Assembly: GCA_035935755.1 (NCBI GenBank)
Contig: DASYWU010000048.1
Coordinates: forward strand, 78,829-142,828
Direction of reading: 5' to 3'
DNA length: 64,000 nucleotides
Source of the DNA: Terracidiphilus sp.
GTDB lineage: Bacteria > Acidobacteriota > Terriglobia > Terriglobales > Acidobacteriaceae
Shown here: one piece after another, positions 1-11,062 of the stretch
How the letters are laid out: the number at the start of each line of letters is the position of its first letter
How positions within the stretch are numbered: the first letter of the stretch is position 1
Translations under genes and position numbers: made by a program
Notes under the pieces: model-generated
Seen by the model: the letters and a program-made list of their open reading frames with translations, nothing else
Database searches by the model: none
What the model was told of the DNA's origin: nothing

Positions 1-1
1 C

Positions 2-772
2 CCTTTGCGCTGCGAGTTCTGCGCCGCGTCCATGCGCATCTCGCCCACCTACAAGATCAAGCCCGTCGATCGCGTAATGGCGGAAATCGCGGCGATCCGC
101 TCGCTCTGGAGGCACCCGTTCATCGAGTTTGCCGATGACAACACCTTCGTGAACAAGGCGCATTCGAAGCAACTCATGCGCGCGCTGGCGCGGGAAAACG
201 TGCGCTGGTTCACCGAAACCGATCTTTCCGTTGCCGACGACGCCGACCTGCTGGCGATGATGCGGGACGCCGGCTGCGCAGAGGTCCTCATCGGCTTCGA
301 AGGTACTACCTTCGCCGGCCTCAACGGTCTGGAACAGGGCTCGAACTGGAAAGCCAAACGCGTGGACAAGTATCTCGGCACGATTCGCGCCATTCAGGAC
401 CACGGCATCCGGGTCAATGCCTGCTTCATCCTCGGGCTCGATGGCGCCGGACCCGAATCTGTCGATGAGATCTGGCGATTCGTGCAGGCAAGCATGCCTT
501 ACGACGTGCAGATCACGGTGCAAACCGCCTTTCCCGGCACGCCTCTCTACGAGCGGCTGAAGCGCGAAGGCCGCATCCTGCACGAAGAAGCCTGGGAACT
601 CTGCACGCTCTTCGACGTGAACTTCCAGCCCGCGCACAAGACTGTCGCCGAGCTGGAAGCCGAATTCAGGCGTCTCGGCTCGCGCTTATATTCGGAACAG
701 TTCACGAACGAGCGCCGCCTGGCGTTCCGCAGGAACTACCGTGACAGGCTTCGCGCTCGAACACTGCAATAA
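2..772 (+). CDS. Radical SAM domain protein, C-terminal part (5' end lies outside the window)
   Basis: Frame is open to the window edge. It begins ..RCEFC (tail of a CxxxCxxC cluster motif), followed by a radical-SAM core-like sequence (FADDNTF, ETDLS, LIGFEG). Confidence 0.7.
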   Translation, partial: PLRCEFCAASMRISPTYKIKPVDRVMAEIAAIRSLWRHPFIEFADDNTFVNKAHSKQLMRALARENVRWFTETDLSVADDADLLAMMRDAGCAEVLIGFEGTTFAGLNGLEQGSNWKAKRVDKYLGTIRAIQDHGIRVNACFILGLDGAGPESVDEIWRFVQASMPYDVQITVQTAFPGTPLYERLKREGRILHEEAWELCTLFDVNFQPAHKTVAELEAEFRRLGSRLYSEQFTNERRLAFRRNYRDRLRARTLQ

Positions 773-784
773 GGAGGAAGAACC

Positions 785-1186
785 GTGTCATTTCTCTGGG
801 TCAGAATCGTAATGATCGCGAGCGGAATCTACGACGGACTGATTGGTCTCGCCTTCCTGTTCGCTCCCTTGGCGGTTTTCCGCCTGGCTGCCGTCACTCC
901 GCCGAATCATTTAGGCTACGTCCAGTTTCCGGCCCTGGTGCTCTTGATTTTCGGGGCCATGTTTCTGCGCATTGCCGCAGATCCGGTGGCGCGGCGTGAG
1001 CAAATCCTCTATGGCATGGCCCTGAAGGCCTCGTATTTCGGCGTCGTCTTCTGGTACCAGCTTCACAGCGGAATTCCGGCGCTCTGGGTTCCCTTTGCCT
1101 GGGCCGACGTTGCCTTCTTCATCCTCTTCTTTGCCGGCTGGAGAGCGACGGCGCAGCGCAACGTGGCTGTCCACTCCGCGAATTAG
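785..1186 (+). CDS. Hypothetical membrane protein (about 4 hydrophobic helices)
   Basis: 133-aa ORF with a GTG start 13 nt after the upstream stop. It has four long hydrophobic segments and no recognisable motif. Confidence 0.5.
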   Translation: MSFLWVRIVMIASGIYDGLIGLAFLFAPLAVFRLAAVTPPNHLGYVQFPALVLLIFGAMFLRIAADPVARREQILYGMALKASYFGVVFWYQLHSGIPALWVPFAWADVAFFILFFAGWRATAQRNVAVHSAN

Positions 1187-1230
1187 GGCGTCGCTCGACA
1201 TCTCCCCGCGCGAGCCATTAGCGTGGGGCT

Positions 1231-2034
1231 ATGCAAGGTGTGTCCCTCAGCCTGGATGGCAAAGTCGCCCTCATCACGGGCGGCGCGCGCGGCATCGGCG
1301 CAGAAACCGTGCGCCTCTTCTGCCAGGCCGGTGCGCGTGTGGCGTTCAATTACCGCAGGTCGCGCGAACGAGCCGAGACACTCGCCGCCGAATGTGGCGG
1401 GAACGAAAATCCCGCGCGCTGCCTGGCTTTCCAGCATGAGCTCAGTTCTCCTTCTGACGGCCGCACCCTGGTCGATAAAACCGTCACCGCCTTCGGCCGC
1501 ATCGATATTCTCGTGGCCAATCACGGCATCTGGCCGCCGGAGGAATCGCCCATCGCATCTATGACCGAATCGCAATGGCGGCAGACAATGGCCGTGAATC
1601 TCGATGCCGTCTTCGGCCTCGTCCAGTCGGCCGCCCAGCACATGGAACGTCAGGCCCCGCCATACGACGGTAAGGCCACAGGTCACATCGTGCTCATCAG
1701 TTCCACCGCCGGCCAGCGCGGAGAAGCCTTCCACGCCGACTATGCCGTGACCAAAGGGGCGCTGATCAGTCTCACCAAAAGCCTCTCCTCTGAGCTTGCG
1801 CCCAGGGGAATTCGGGTAAACTGTGTGGCGCCGGGATGGGTGGCCACGGAGATGTCTGCTGACGCCGTTTCCGATCCCAGGCGAGGGCCTGAAATCCTTT
1901 CCGGGATTCCGGTGGGTCGCGTGGCTACGCCGCGCGAAATTGCCGGTCCTGTACTCTTTTTATGTACGCCGCTGGCCGGCTTCATCTCCGGCGAGGTGCT
2001 GAACGTGAACGGCGGCGCGGTGCTGGTGGGATGA
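1231..2034 (+). CDS. Short-chain dehydrogenase/reductase (FabG-like oxidoreductase)
   Basis: N-terminal TGGARGIG Rossmann motif, catalytic YAVTKGAL (YxxxK), and a typical SDR length of 267 aa. Confidence 0.85.
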   Translation: MQGVSLSLDGKVALITGGARGIGAETVRLFCQAGARVAFNYRRSRERAETLAAECGGNENPARCLAFQHELSSPSDGRTLVDKTVTAFGRIDILVANHGIWPPEESPIASMTESQWRQTMAVNLDAVFGLVQSAAQHMERQAPPYDGKATGHIVLISSTAGQRGEAFHADYAVTKGALISLTKSLSSELAPRGIRVNCVAPGWVATEMSADAVSDPRRGPEILSGIPVGRVATPREIAGPVLFLCTPLAGFISGEVLNVNGGAVLVG

Positions 2035-2049
2035 GCGGGAGAAAAATCG

Positions 2050-2895
2050 ATGCGTAAGTTTTTGCCCTTGGCGCTTGCAGCACTGCTGCTGGCCGTGCCG
2101 CTGGTCTCCAGGAGCCAGATAGACGAAGGTCCAGCGACAACCCCTGCTGCCACCCAGAGCGCCGAACAGGTGGGCCAGGGTTCCGAAGCCGCGAAAAACG
2201 CCGATCAGGCGCGCGCCGCTCTCAACTCCATGGTGCAGGCACTGGGCGGGCAGGCGTGGCTCGACATGAAAAATTCCGAGAAAGACGGCCACTTCGCTGC
2301 CTTTTTTCATGGCAACCCCGATCTCGGCACGCAGCAGTTCTACCAGTTTCATCAGTGGCCCGATCACGACCGCATCGAGTACACCAAGCATCGCGACGTG
2401 GTGCATTTCTTCATCGGCAAGGAGGGATGGGAGATCACTTACCGCGGCAAAAAAGCCATCCCGCAAAAAGACCTGGACGAGTTCCTGCGCGACCGCGATC
2501 ACTCCATTGAAACCGCGGTCAAGGTCTGGATGAAAGATCCTAAAACCATCCTCATCTACGAGGGACCGCGCATGGTCGAACGCCACCTCGGCATCCAGGT
2601 TTCGCTGATCGCGGCCAACAACGATGCCCTCAGCATCGTGATGGATAACGACACTCACCTGCCGCTGCGCAGCGAATACCAGTACCGCGACCCCGTCTAT
2701 CACGACCTCGACACCGAGACCGAGGAATATGACGACTACCACACCGTCGACGGATTCCCCACCGCCTTCAACATGACCCGCATCAAGAACGGCGAGACCA
2801 CGCAGCAGCTCTACGTAGACCACGTGAAATACAACCAGGATCTGCCGGCCAATTTCTGGGATGTCGATGCCGTGACCCGCAAGATCAAGAGGTAA
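2050..2895 (+). CDS. Hypothetical secreted protein
   Basis: 281-aa ORF with an N-terminal signal peptide (MRKFLPLALAALLLAVPLVSRS). No family recognised. Confidence 0.6.
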   Translation: MRKFLPLALAALLLAVPLVSRSQIDEGPATTPAATQSAEQVGQGSEAAKNADQARAALNSMVQALGGQAWLDMKNSEKDGHFAAFFHGNPDLGTQQFYQFHQWPDHDRIEYTKHRDVVHFFIGKEGWEITYRGKKAIPQKDLDEFLRDRDHSIETAVKVWMKDPKTILIYEGPRMVERHLGIQVSLIAANNDALSIVMDNDTHLPLRSEYQYRDPVYHDLDTETEEYDDYHTVDGFPTAFNMTRIKNGETTQQLYVDHVKYNQDLPANFWDVDAVTRKIKR

Positions 2896-3130
2896 AGACC
2901 CGGAAAAAGTAGGAGACGGCAAGGCCATTAGCAATCCTCCACGCCATCACGTCAGCCGCGAACTGAGCCAGACCGGCACAGCTTCGGGAGAGTTTGTCAC
3001 CGAGACGTTCGAGTACGACGGTGGACGGCAGGTCACGGTTTACGTTCCGCTGAAACCGCCCGAAGCTATCGTCTTCGCCGCCGACGGTCAGAGAATCTCG
3101 AAATGGGGCCGGTCGCTCGAGAAAGCCGGC

Positions 3131-3625
3131 GTGCCTTCCACAGTGATCGTCGGTGTACATGGGCTCAGCGACGAGATGCAACGGCTCCACGAGTACTCAC
3201 CCGGCTTTGCGCCGGAGCGGTTCGCGGCACACGAAAAGTTCTTCGTTGAGGACGTTCGCCGATGGGCGGACTCGCGGTTCGGCTTGGCGCTGCCCATTGA
3301 ACGTACCGCAGTGTTCGGCGTTTCGGCGGGCGGAGAGCTTGCCCTCGCGCTTGGGCTTCGGCACCCGGACGTCTACGGTGCGATCTTCTGCGCCTCGCCT
3401 GGCGGCGGTTACAAGCCGCCTGACGTCATGCCGAGTCCGCTTCCGCGCACATACCTCGTCGCCGGCGCTCAGGAGCCGTTCTTCCTCGAGAACGCATCGA
3501 GGTGGGCAGACGCGCTGCGGCATGCAGGTGCGGATGTCGTCATGAACGAACGAACTGGGTCGCACGGAGGGGCATTCTGGCGAGAAGAATTCCCGCTGAT
3601 GACGGCTTGGGCATTTGGAAGATGA
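3131..3625 (+). CDS. Esterase/alpha-beta hydrolase (enterochelin-esterase-like). The ORF-track start is probably not the true N-terminus.
   Basis: Nucleophile-elbow motif GVSAGG and a VGVHG strand. Esterase-like sequence (ETFEYDGGRQVTVYVP..AIVFAADGQ) continues in frame upstream to 2876, with no ATG/GTG/TTG in that stretch. Confidence 0.65.
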   Translation: MPSTVIVGVHGLSDEMQRLHEYSPGFAPERFAAHEKFFVEDVRRWADSRFGLALPIERTAVFGVSAGGELALALGLRHPDVYGAIFCASPGGGYKPPDVMPSPLPRTYLVAGAQEPFFLENASRWADALRHAGADVVMNERTGSHGGAFWREEFPLMTAWAFGR

Positions 3626-3775
3626 CCCCTTCCTGAGCTCGTCGGCGGTCTCCTGCAGCAACCCGCCTCGTGCGACCATTTATCCGTTGCCAAACCTGAT
3701 CGCAGTCGAAGCACCTTATTTATAATCCGGTAGAGCGCGAGGGCACTGGGCTCGGCACCTCGCCGGAGTCGAAAG

Positions 3776-4285
3776 ATGACCTTCAACATCCAGGAGATCC
3801 TGGATTTCCTCCCTCACCGCTACCCGTTTCTGCTCATCGACCGGGTAGTGGAGTTCGAACGCGCCAAGCGGCTGGTGGCCATCAAGAACGTCACCATCAA
3901 CGAGCCGTTCTTCCAGGGACACTTTCCCGGCTACCCTATCATGCCCGGCGTTCTCGTCGTCGAAGCCATGGCCCAGGCCGGCGGCATCATCCTCATGCAC
4001 GAGCTTCCCGATCGACACGAGAAACTGGTCGTCTTCACCGGCATCGAACGCGCCAAATTCCGCCGCCCCGTGACGCCAGGCGACCAGTTGCGCATCGAGA
4101 TTGAAGTGCTCTCGTTCCGCCCGCGTGCAGGACGCATCGCCGGCCGCGCGCTTGTCGACGGCAAGCTCGCCTGCGAGGCCACGCTCACCTGCCAGGTGGT
4201 CCCCCGCAAGCGCGAACAAAATCCTGCCGATCCTGCCAAATCCGAGACCAGCGCCGCACCCGCACCAGCGGAGATCGCCGAGTGA
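3776..4285 (+). CDS. fabZ: 3-hydroxyacyl-ACP dehydratase FabZ
   Basis: LPHRYPFLLIDRV and FFQGHFPGYPIMPGVL hot-dog motifs. The stop overlaps the lpxA start. Confidence 0.95.
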   Translation: MTFNIQEILDFLPHRYPFLLIDRVVEFERAKRLVAIKNVTINEPFFQGHFPGYPIMPGVLVVEAMAQAGGIILMHELPDRHEKLVVFTGIERAKFRRPVTPGDQLRIEIEVLSFRPRAGRIAGRALVDGKLACEATLTCQVVPRKREQNPADPAKSETSAAPAPAEIAE

Positions 4286-5052
4286 GCGTGCACGCGAGCG
4301 CCGTCATCGCTCCCGGTGCTCAGATTCCCGAATCCTGCACCGTCGGCCCCTTCTGCACCATCGGCCCCGAAGTGGTGCTGGGCGAGAACTGCACTCTCAT
4401 TTCCCACGTTGTCCTCGACGGCTGCACCCGCATCGGCGCGCGCAACGTTTTCTATCCCTTCTGCTCGGTCGGCGTCGCCCCGCAGGACCTGAAATACCGC
4501 GGCGAGCCTACGGAAACCATCCTCGGCGACGACAACACCATCCGCGAATCCGTCACCATCAGCCGCGGTACGGTGGGCGGCGGCGGCGTCACGTGCATCG
4601 GCTCCAATTGCCTGCTTATGACCTGCGCCCACGTCGGCCACGACAGCCAGATCGGCAGCCACTGCATCCTAGCCAACTCCGCCACGCTTGCCGGCCACGT
4701 CACCATCGAGGATTACGTCACGCTGGGCGCCTTCTGCCCCGTGCATCAGCACTGCGTCATCGGCCGCTACGCCTTTATCGGCGGCGGCACCATCGTCACC
4801 CAGGACGTCCTGCCGTTCTCGCTGACCTCGGCAAAGCGCGAAAACAAGGCCTTCGGCATTAACAAGATCGGTCTCGAGCGCCGCGGCTTCACCGCGGAGC
4901 GGCTCAAAACCTTGCAAAAAGCCTTCCGCCTCCTGCTCGCGTCCAAGCTCAACACCGCGCAGGCCGTGGAGGCGCTGCGCGAGCTGGAAGGCGATGACGT
5001 AGCCGAGCTCATTGCCTTTGTCCAGCGCAGCCAGCGCGGAGTGATCAAATAG
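4282..5052 (+). CDS. lpxA: Acyl-ACP--UDP-GlcNAc O-acyltransferase LpxA
   Basis: Left-handed beta-helix hexapeptide repeats followed by a helical C-terminal domain. Classic fabZ-lpxA synteny. Confidence 0.9.
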   Translation: MSVHASAVIAPGAQIPESCTVGPFCTIGPEVVLGENCTLISHVVLDGCTRIGARNVFYPFCSVGVAPQDLKYRGEPTETILGDDNTIRESVTISRGTVGGGGVTCIGSNCLLMTCAHVGHDSQIGSHCILANSATLAGHVTIEDYVTLGAFCPVHQHCVIGRYAFIGGGTIVTQDVLPFSLTSAKRENKAFGINKIGLERRGFTAERLKTLQKAFRLLLASKLNTAQAVEALRELEGDDVAELIAFVQRSQRGVIK

Positions 5053-5054
5053 CC

Positions 5055-5906
5055 ATGCCCCTAGGCCTGATCGCCGGCAACGGCCGCTTTCCCTTCCTGC
5101 TGCTCGATGCTGCCCGCGCGCAGGGCCTGCCCGTTGTCGTCGCGGCCATCCGCGAAGAAACCGACCCCGAAATCGACCTCCGCGCCGCCGCCGACAGCGG
5201 CATCACCGTCCACTGGCTCTCGCTGGGCGAGCTTTCCCGCCTGATCGAGATCTTCAAGAGCGCCGGCATCGAAAAGGCGGTGATGGCCGGCCAGGTCAAG
5301 CATAAGCAGATCTTTTCCAGCATCCGTCCCGACTGGCGCCTCGCCAAGCTGCTCCTGAATCTCCGTACCCGCTCCACTGACGTGCTCCTCGGCGCGGTGG
5401 CCAAAGTCCTCGCCGATGAAGGCATCGAGTTGATCAGTTCCACCGCGTTCCTGGAGCCGCTGCTGGCCAGGGATGGCGTGCTCACCGAACGCGCCCCCGA
5501 CGATGACGAGCGCAAGAACGTCGCCTACGGTCTCCAGGTAGCCTGTGCGCTCGCCGCCTTCGATATCGGCCAGACTGTCGTCGTCGCTGCCCAGGCCTGC
5601 GTCGCCGTCGAGGCCATGGAGGGCACCGACGCCACCATTGAGCGCGCCGGCGTGCTGATGCGCTCTCTCGAGGGCGATGCCTCAACCCTGGAGCGCCGCC
5701 TCACCGTGGTCAAGGTCGCCAAGCCCAGCCAGGACATGCGCTTCGATGTGCCCGTCATCGGCGCGGCGACCGTTGAGACCATGCTTCGCGCCGGCGCAAC
5801 CTGCCTCTCTGTGGAAGCCGGCCGCACCCTGCTCTTCGACCGCGATGCCCTCCTTCGCCGCGCTTCGGAAGCGGGCATCGCAATTGTCGGCACCCCGCGG
5901 CCGTAG
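5055..5906 (+). CDS. lpxI: UDP-2,3-diacylglucosamine hydrolase LpxI (DUF1009 family)
   Basis: N-terminal GLIAGNGRFP motif, 283 aa, located directly after lpxA as in LpxI-type lipid A clusters. Confidence 0.8.
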   Translation: MPLGLIAGNGRFPFLLLDAARAQGLPVVVAAIREETDPEIDLRAAADSGITVHWLSLGELSRLIEIFKSAGIEKAVMAGQVKHKQIFSSIRPDWRLAKLLLNLRTRSTDVLLGAVAKVLADEGIELISSTAFLEPLLARDGVLTERAPDDDERKNVAYGLQVACALAAFDIGQTVVVAAQACVAVEAMEGTDATIERAGVLMRSLEGDASTLERRLTVVKVAKPSQDMRFDVPVIGAATVETMLRAGATCLSVEAGRTLLFDRDALLRRASEAGIAIVGTPRP

Positions 5907-6034
5907 AGATCGTTTCATCCCATCCGAGCCGCACTCCGGCCATAAACCGCGAAGCGGCAATTCCCCGCTGCGGACGCAAAAGAGCCCGGACATTGCCGGG
6001 CTCTTTTGCTTGCCTTTGTTGCCTGTTAGAAAAG

Positions 6035-6544
6035 CTATTTCTTCTTTGCAGTCCGTTTTGCGGCTTTCTTGGCTGCCTTCTTGGCCGGTGCCTTCTTGGC
6101 GGCTTTCTTCGCTGCCTTCTTGGCCGGCGCCTTCTTTGCTGCCTTCTTTACTGCCAACGGTTTCCCTCGTCTGATTGATTTGCCGGCCTTCTTGCCTCCC
6201 GCGGCCTTCTTCGCCGCGGCCCTTCCGCCCTTGGCGCCGGCAGTGCTCTTCTTGGCGGCGGATTTCTTAGCAGCCGTTTTCGCGGCGGCCTTTTTTGCCG
6301 GCGCCTTCTTCGCTGCCTTTTTCGCTGGAGCCTTCCGCTTTGCGGCCTTAGGAGCAACGGGCAACGGCTCTTCCAGGACCACCACTGCTTCTTCGATTAC
6401 AGGTTCATCATCGTCCGACGAAGTGAGAACCGACTCTGACTCCTCTTCGTCGTCGAATTCGTCCACCTGGTCCGGGTCTAACTCTTTCGGCTCTCCCTCG
6501 GGAAAACCGTCACTCATGGCGTACATCCTGATTACGTCATCCAT
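6035..6544 (-). CDS. Histone H1-like Lys/Ala-rich protein with an acidic N-terminal half
   Basis: The C-terminal half consists of AKKAAKKAPAKK-type repeats. The N-terminal half is rich in D/E/S. I chose the ATG at 6544 because a GGAGG sits 7 nt upstream; the ORF track extends to a GTG at 6595. Confidence 0.7.
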   Translation of the reverse strand: MDDVIRMYAMSDGFPEGEPKELDPDQVDEFDDEEESESVLTSSDDDEPVIEEAVVVLEEPLPVAPKAAKRKAPAKKAAKKAPAKKAAAKTAAKKSAAKKSTAGAKGGRAAAKKAAGGKKAGKSIRRGKPLAVKKAAKKAPAKKAAKKAAKKAPAKKAAKKAAKRTAKKK

Positions 6545-6747
6545 CCCATTGCCTCCAGCGCTGCTGCGCTGCGTTGATGGTTTCGCTCTTCGCACGGCGG
6601 ACGTTCGATTCCGCTTGCGGAAGCCATTGTAGCAATAGCTTGCACGTAAACACTATCAAAACACAAGTGCGGAATAAACGATCAGGCATTTTTTATTTTT
6701 TTATCCGCTTGTACCACTGCACTGTGGTGCGGCCAAAGCCCAAGACC

Positions 6748-8670
6748 CTAATCGCTGCTCGGCGCGGCCACGAGCAGCACGGCGCCGGCGTGAATGACGC
6801 TGCCGCGGAGATGGTTCCAGCGGCGCAGCTCGGCAGTGGAGACACCGAAACGAGCGGCAATCGCCGCAAGGGTATCGCCGCGGCGCACACGATACGATGT
6901 GGACCGCCCGCTGTGCGCGGATGTGGTCCGCACCTTCGCATCCGATACATCCACTGCATTCGCTGTGTTGCTCCGGCCGGCATCGGCTCCAGAACTGCGC
7001 GAGCGGGAAGTGCTGGCGTAGGCCGCTTCAGGCGCCGCTACCCGCAGCCGATGCCCCGCCCCGATCCGCTTGCCGCGCAGGTGGTTCCACCGCCGCAGAT
7101 CGCTCAGCGTCACACCGAACCGGTCGGCAATGGTCACCAGGGTGTCGCCCCGGCGCACCCGGTAATAAGCCCCATTTGCGGCCATCTCCCCCCGATGCGG
7201 CTGCGGCACCACCAGCGCCTCCACGCCGTCAATCCCGGAGCCCGAGCCAAGCTCATTGGCCGCCGCCAGGTTCGCGGCCGTCACGTGATACTCGCGCGCC
7301 ACCGAGGCCAGCGTGTCGCCTTCGGTCATCACGTGGTAACGCCACGAATCACGTCGCCCCACCGGAACCTGGGCAATCCGCTGTTCGAAGATCCCGGCCG
7401 TGCCGGCCGGCAGATGCAGATCGAAGCTCGCCTCCGGCGGCGTCTCCCCCCGCAGCAAGCTGGGGTTCAGCGCCTCCAGCTCCTCCACCGGCGCGTTCAC
7501 GATATCCGAAACCAGCCGCAGGCTCACGGAGTAGTTCACCGTCACGTCGTCGGTAGCCAGCGGCGGGTCCAGAGTGATGTCGTCAAACCCGTATTGCTTG
7601 GGATGATTGGCGATGATGATCGCGGCAATGATTTCGGGAACGTAGTTCCTGGTCTCGGTTGGCAGTTCGCCGCGCTTGTAGAGCTCCCAGAAGCTGGCGT
7701 AGCCGGTCCTCGCCACCGCGCGCTGGATATTGCCCGCGCCATGATCGTACGCCGCCATTGCCAGGTACCAGTCGCCAAGCTGGTTATAGAGATACTTCAT
7801 GTACCGTGCATAGGCCACCGTCGACTTGTCCGGATCGAAGCGCTCGTCCACATACCGGTTCCGCTCCAGGCCGTAATCTCCATAGGGCATGAACTGCCAC
7901 ATCCCGCCGGCCCGAGAGCGCCGATTGACCGCCCGCGGCTGAAATCCCGATTCGGCCACCGCCAGGTAGATCAGGTCCTGCGGCACCCCTTCCTCAGCCA
8001 GGTCTCGCTGGATCGTCGCCTTGTAGCGGCCTGCCCGCTGGAATGCGTGCAGCAGCGTGTTGTGTCCCCGCTCGGTGTTGGCAAAGAAATTGATGAAGCT
8101 GGCCACGTAATCGTTCATCACCAGCGGCAGGTCGGACTTGGTGGTGGCCAGGTCGGCCCGCGCCTTGGCCTCAAAGTTGGGGTCTACCTTAAAAGTGACG
8201 TCGTTGGCGACGTCGGCGGGCGTAGGTTCTACCTGGGGCACAAATCCATTGCCCTGCTTGAGCGCCTGCATCTCCAGCTCGTTGACTCCGTCCACCACGC
8301 GATCGAATTCGTCGTGCAGCGGCGGCGTGGCGTTGATGTCGATGCCGCTCATCATCATCATGTCCACCGCATGGTCGAACTGAACCTTCGCCGCGGCCAG
8401 GTCGCCACGTTTATAGTCGGCTTCTCCGGCGGCGTAGGCTGCTTCCACCTGCTGAATCAGCTGCGAGACGCGCGCATTCTCAGTGACTGAAGGCTGTGGA
8501 GCTGCTGGAGCAGCCGGTTGAGCCGGCTCTGACGCAGCCAGCGGCGGCGCGGTGGTCTGCGGGTTGGCGGCAACAGGCTTTTTCCCCGGCCCCGACGGTC
8601 CGCACCCGGCCATCAACAGGGACAGCGCGAGGAAACCTGATACAGCAGTCCTCTTCCCGCTCATATTCAT
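6748..8670 (-). CDS. Lipoprotein lytic murein transglycosylase with three C-terminal LysM domains (MltD-like)
   Basis: Lipobox LLMAGC, an SLT-type catalytic region (AVAESGFQP..GMWQFM), and three LysM units (Y.V..GDTL..IA..FGV....L..WN). Confidence 0.85.
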   Translation of the reverse strand: MNMSGKRTAVSGFLALSLLMAGCGPSGPGKKPVAANPQTTAPPLAASEPAQPAAPAAPQPSVTENARVSQLIQQVEAAYAAGEADYKRGDLAAAKVQFDHAVDMMMMSGIDINATPPLHDEFDRVVDGVNELEMQALKQGNGFVPQVEPTPADVANDVTFKVDPNFEAKARADLATTKSDLPLVMNDYVASFINFFANTERGHNTLLHAFQRAGRYKATIQRDLAEEGVPQDLIYLAVAESGFQPRAVNRRSRAGGMWQFMPYGDYGLERNRYVDERFDPDKSTVAYARYMKYLYNQLGDWYLAMAAYDHGAGNIQRAVARTGYASFWELYKRGELPTETRNYVPEIIAAIIIANHPKQYGFDDITLDPPLATDDVTVNYSVSLRLVSDIVNAPVEELEALNPSLLRGETPPEASFDLHLPAGTAGIFEQRIAQVPVGRRDSWRYHVMTEGDTLASVAREYHVTAANLAAANELGSGSGIDGVEALVVPQPHRGEMAANGAYYRVRRGDTLVTIADRFGVTLSDLRRWNHLRGKRIGAGHRLRVAAPEAAYASTSRSRSSGADAGRSNTANAVDVSDAKVRTTSAHSGRSTSYRVRRGDTLAAIAARFGVSTAELRRWNHLRGSVIHAGAVLLVAAPSSD

Positions 8671-8897
8671 TTAAGGATGCAACCGCTCCTGTCCGTGTTG
8701 GGTCCAGTTCCACCCGGAAACGATACGCAACGCACGGTTTCGCGCGCTTTCCTTGAACCGCTGGAAATGCGCGCAGCGCTTACCGCGCCGTGGCCAGACC
8801 GGGGAGGACACTATTGTCGATGATAAGCTATGCCATGGAGGTCCGCTGCGGCGGACGCGGGAAATACGCGATTCCTCCCTTCACCGAACCTCCCACC

Positions 8898-10709
<1,812 letters not shown>

Positions 10710-11032
10710 CCCCGCGCCCTTCTCATCCGTAAACCGTAGTCACAAAATTTTTATAGTGATTTGTGGAAAGGTGCCTCAAAAAAAGACACTTCGCCGTCAG
10801 GCACACCGCCCCGAGAACCTCAGAGTAAGGTGCTGTTACCATCTGAAAATGAAGGACTTGTATTGTGTATCAAAATCGGGCGCGGCTTGACAAGGCCAAA
10901 AACGCGCTTTTTAGCTCAGCCTTTCCTTGCGTAATCCACAATTTTTTCCACAGATGCTCAGGATCGCCCGGAGTTTTGCACCGCCCACTCCGGCAACCTT
11001 TTCCACCAATATTTCTACTAAGCTGTTGAGAA

Positions 11033-11055
11033 GCCCCGGCGATCCGGGGCTTTTT
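11033..11055 (+). terminator. Rho-independent terminator-like hairpin (GCCCCGG-cgat-CCGGGGC followed by TTTTT)
   Basis: Perfect 7-bp GC stem plus a T5 run on the plus strand. It lies 320 nt after lepA and abuts the stop of the convergent skp gene. Confidence 0.55.
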
Positions 11056-11062
11056 CATTGCC

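Noticed and set aside
6035-6360. Short-period DNA repeats considered as a CRISPR array or tandem-repeat locus
   Set aside because: The periodicity simply reflects the AKKAA codon repeats. There is no repeat-spacer structure. No CRISPR array was seen anywhere in the window.
6069-6632. 187-aa plus-strand ORF (AAFFAGAFF repeats)
   Set aside because: It is the mirror image of the Lys/Ala-rich repeat gene. The minus strand has a GGAGG ribosome-binding site and a biologically familiar H1-like product.
6574-8490. 638-aa plus-strand ORF
   Set aside because: It lies exactly antisense to the LysM lytic transglycosylase gene. Its Arg/His/Pro/Gly-rich translation has no motif, and it is a typical high-GC shadow ORF.
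8790-8897. ORF-track N-terminal extension of lepA, with similar extensions for gpx (16742), bamA (16656), the LytTR regulator (44649), the HTH gene (55588) and the TonB receptor (63057)
   Set aside because: In each case the conserved N-terminus or signal peptide begins at a downstream Met, and the extensions have non-protein-like composition.
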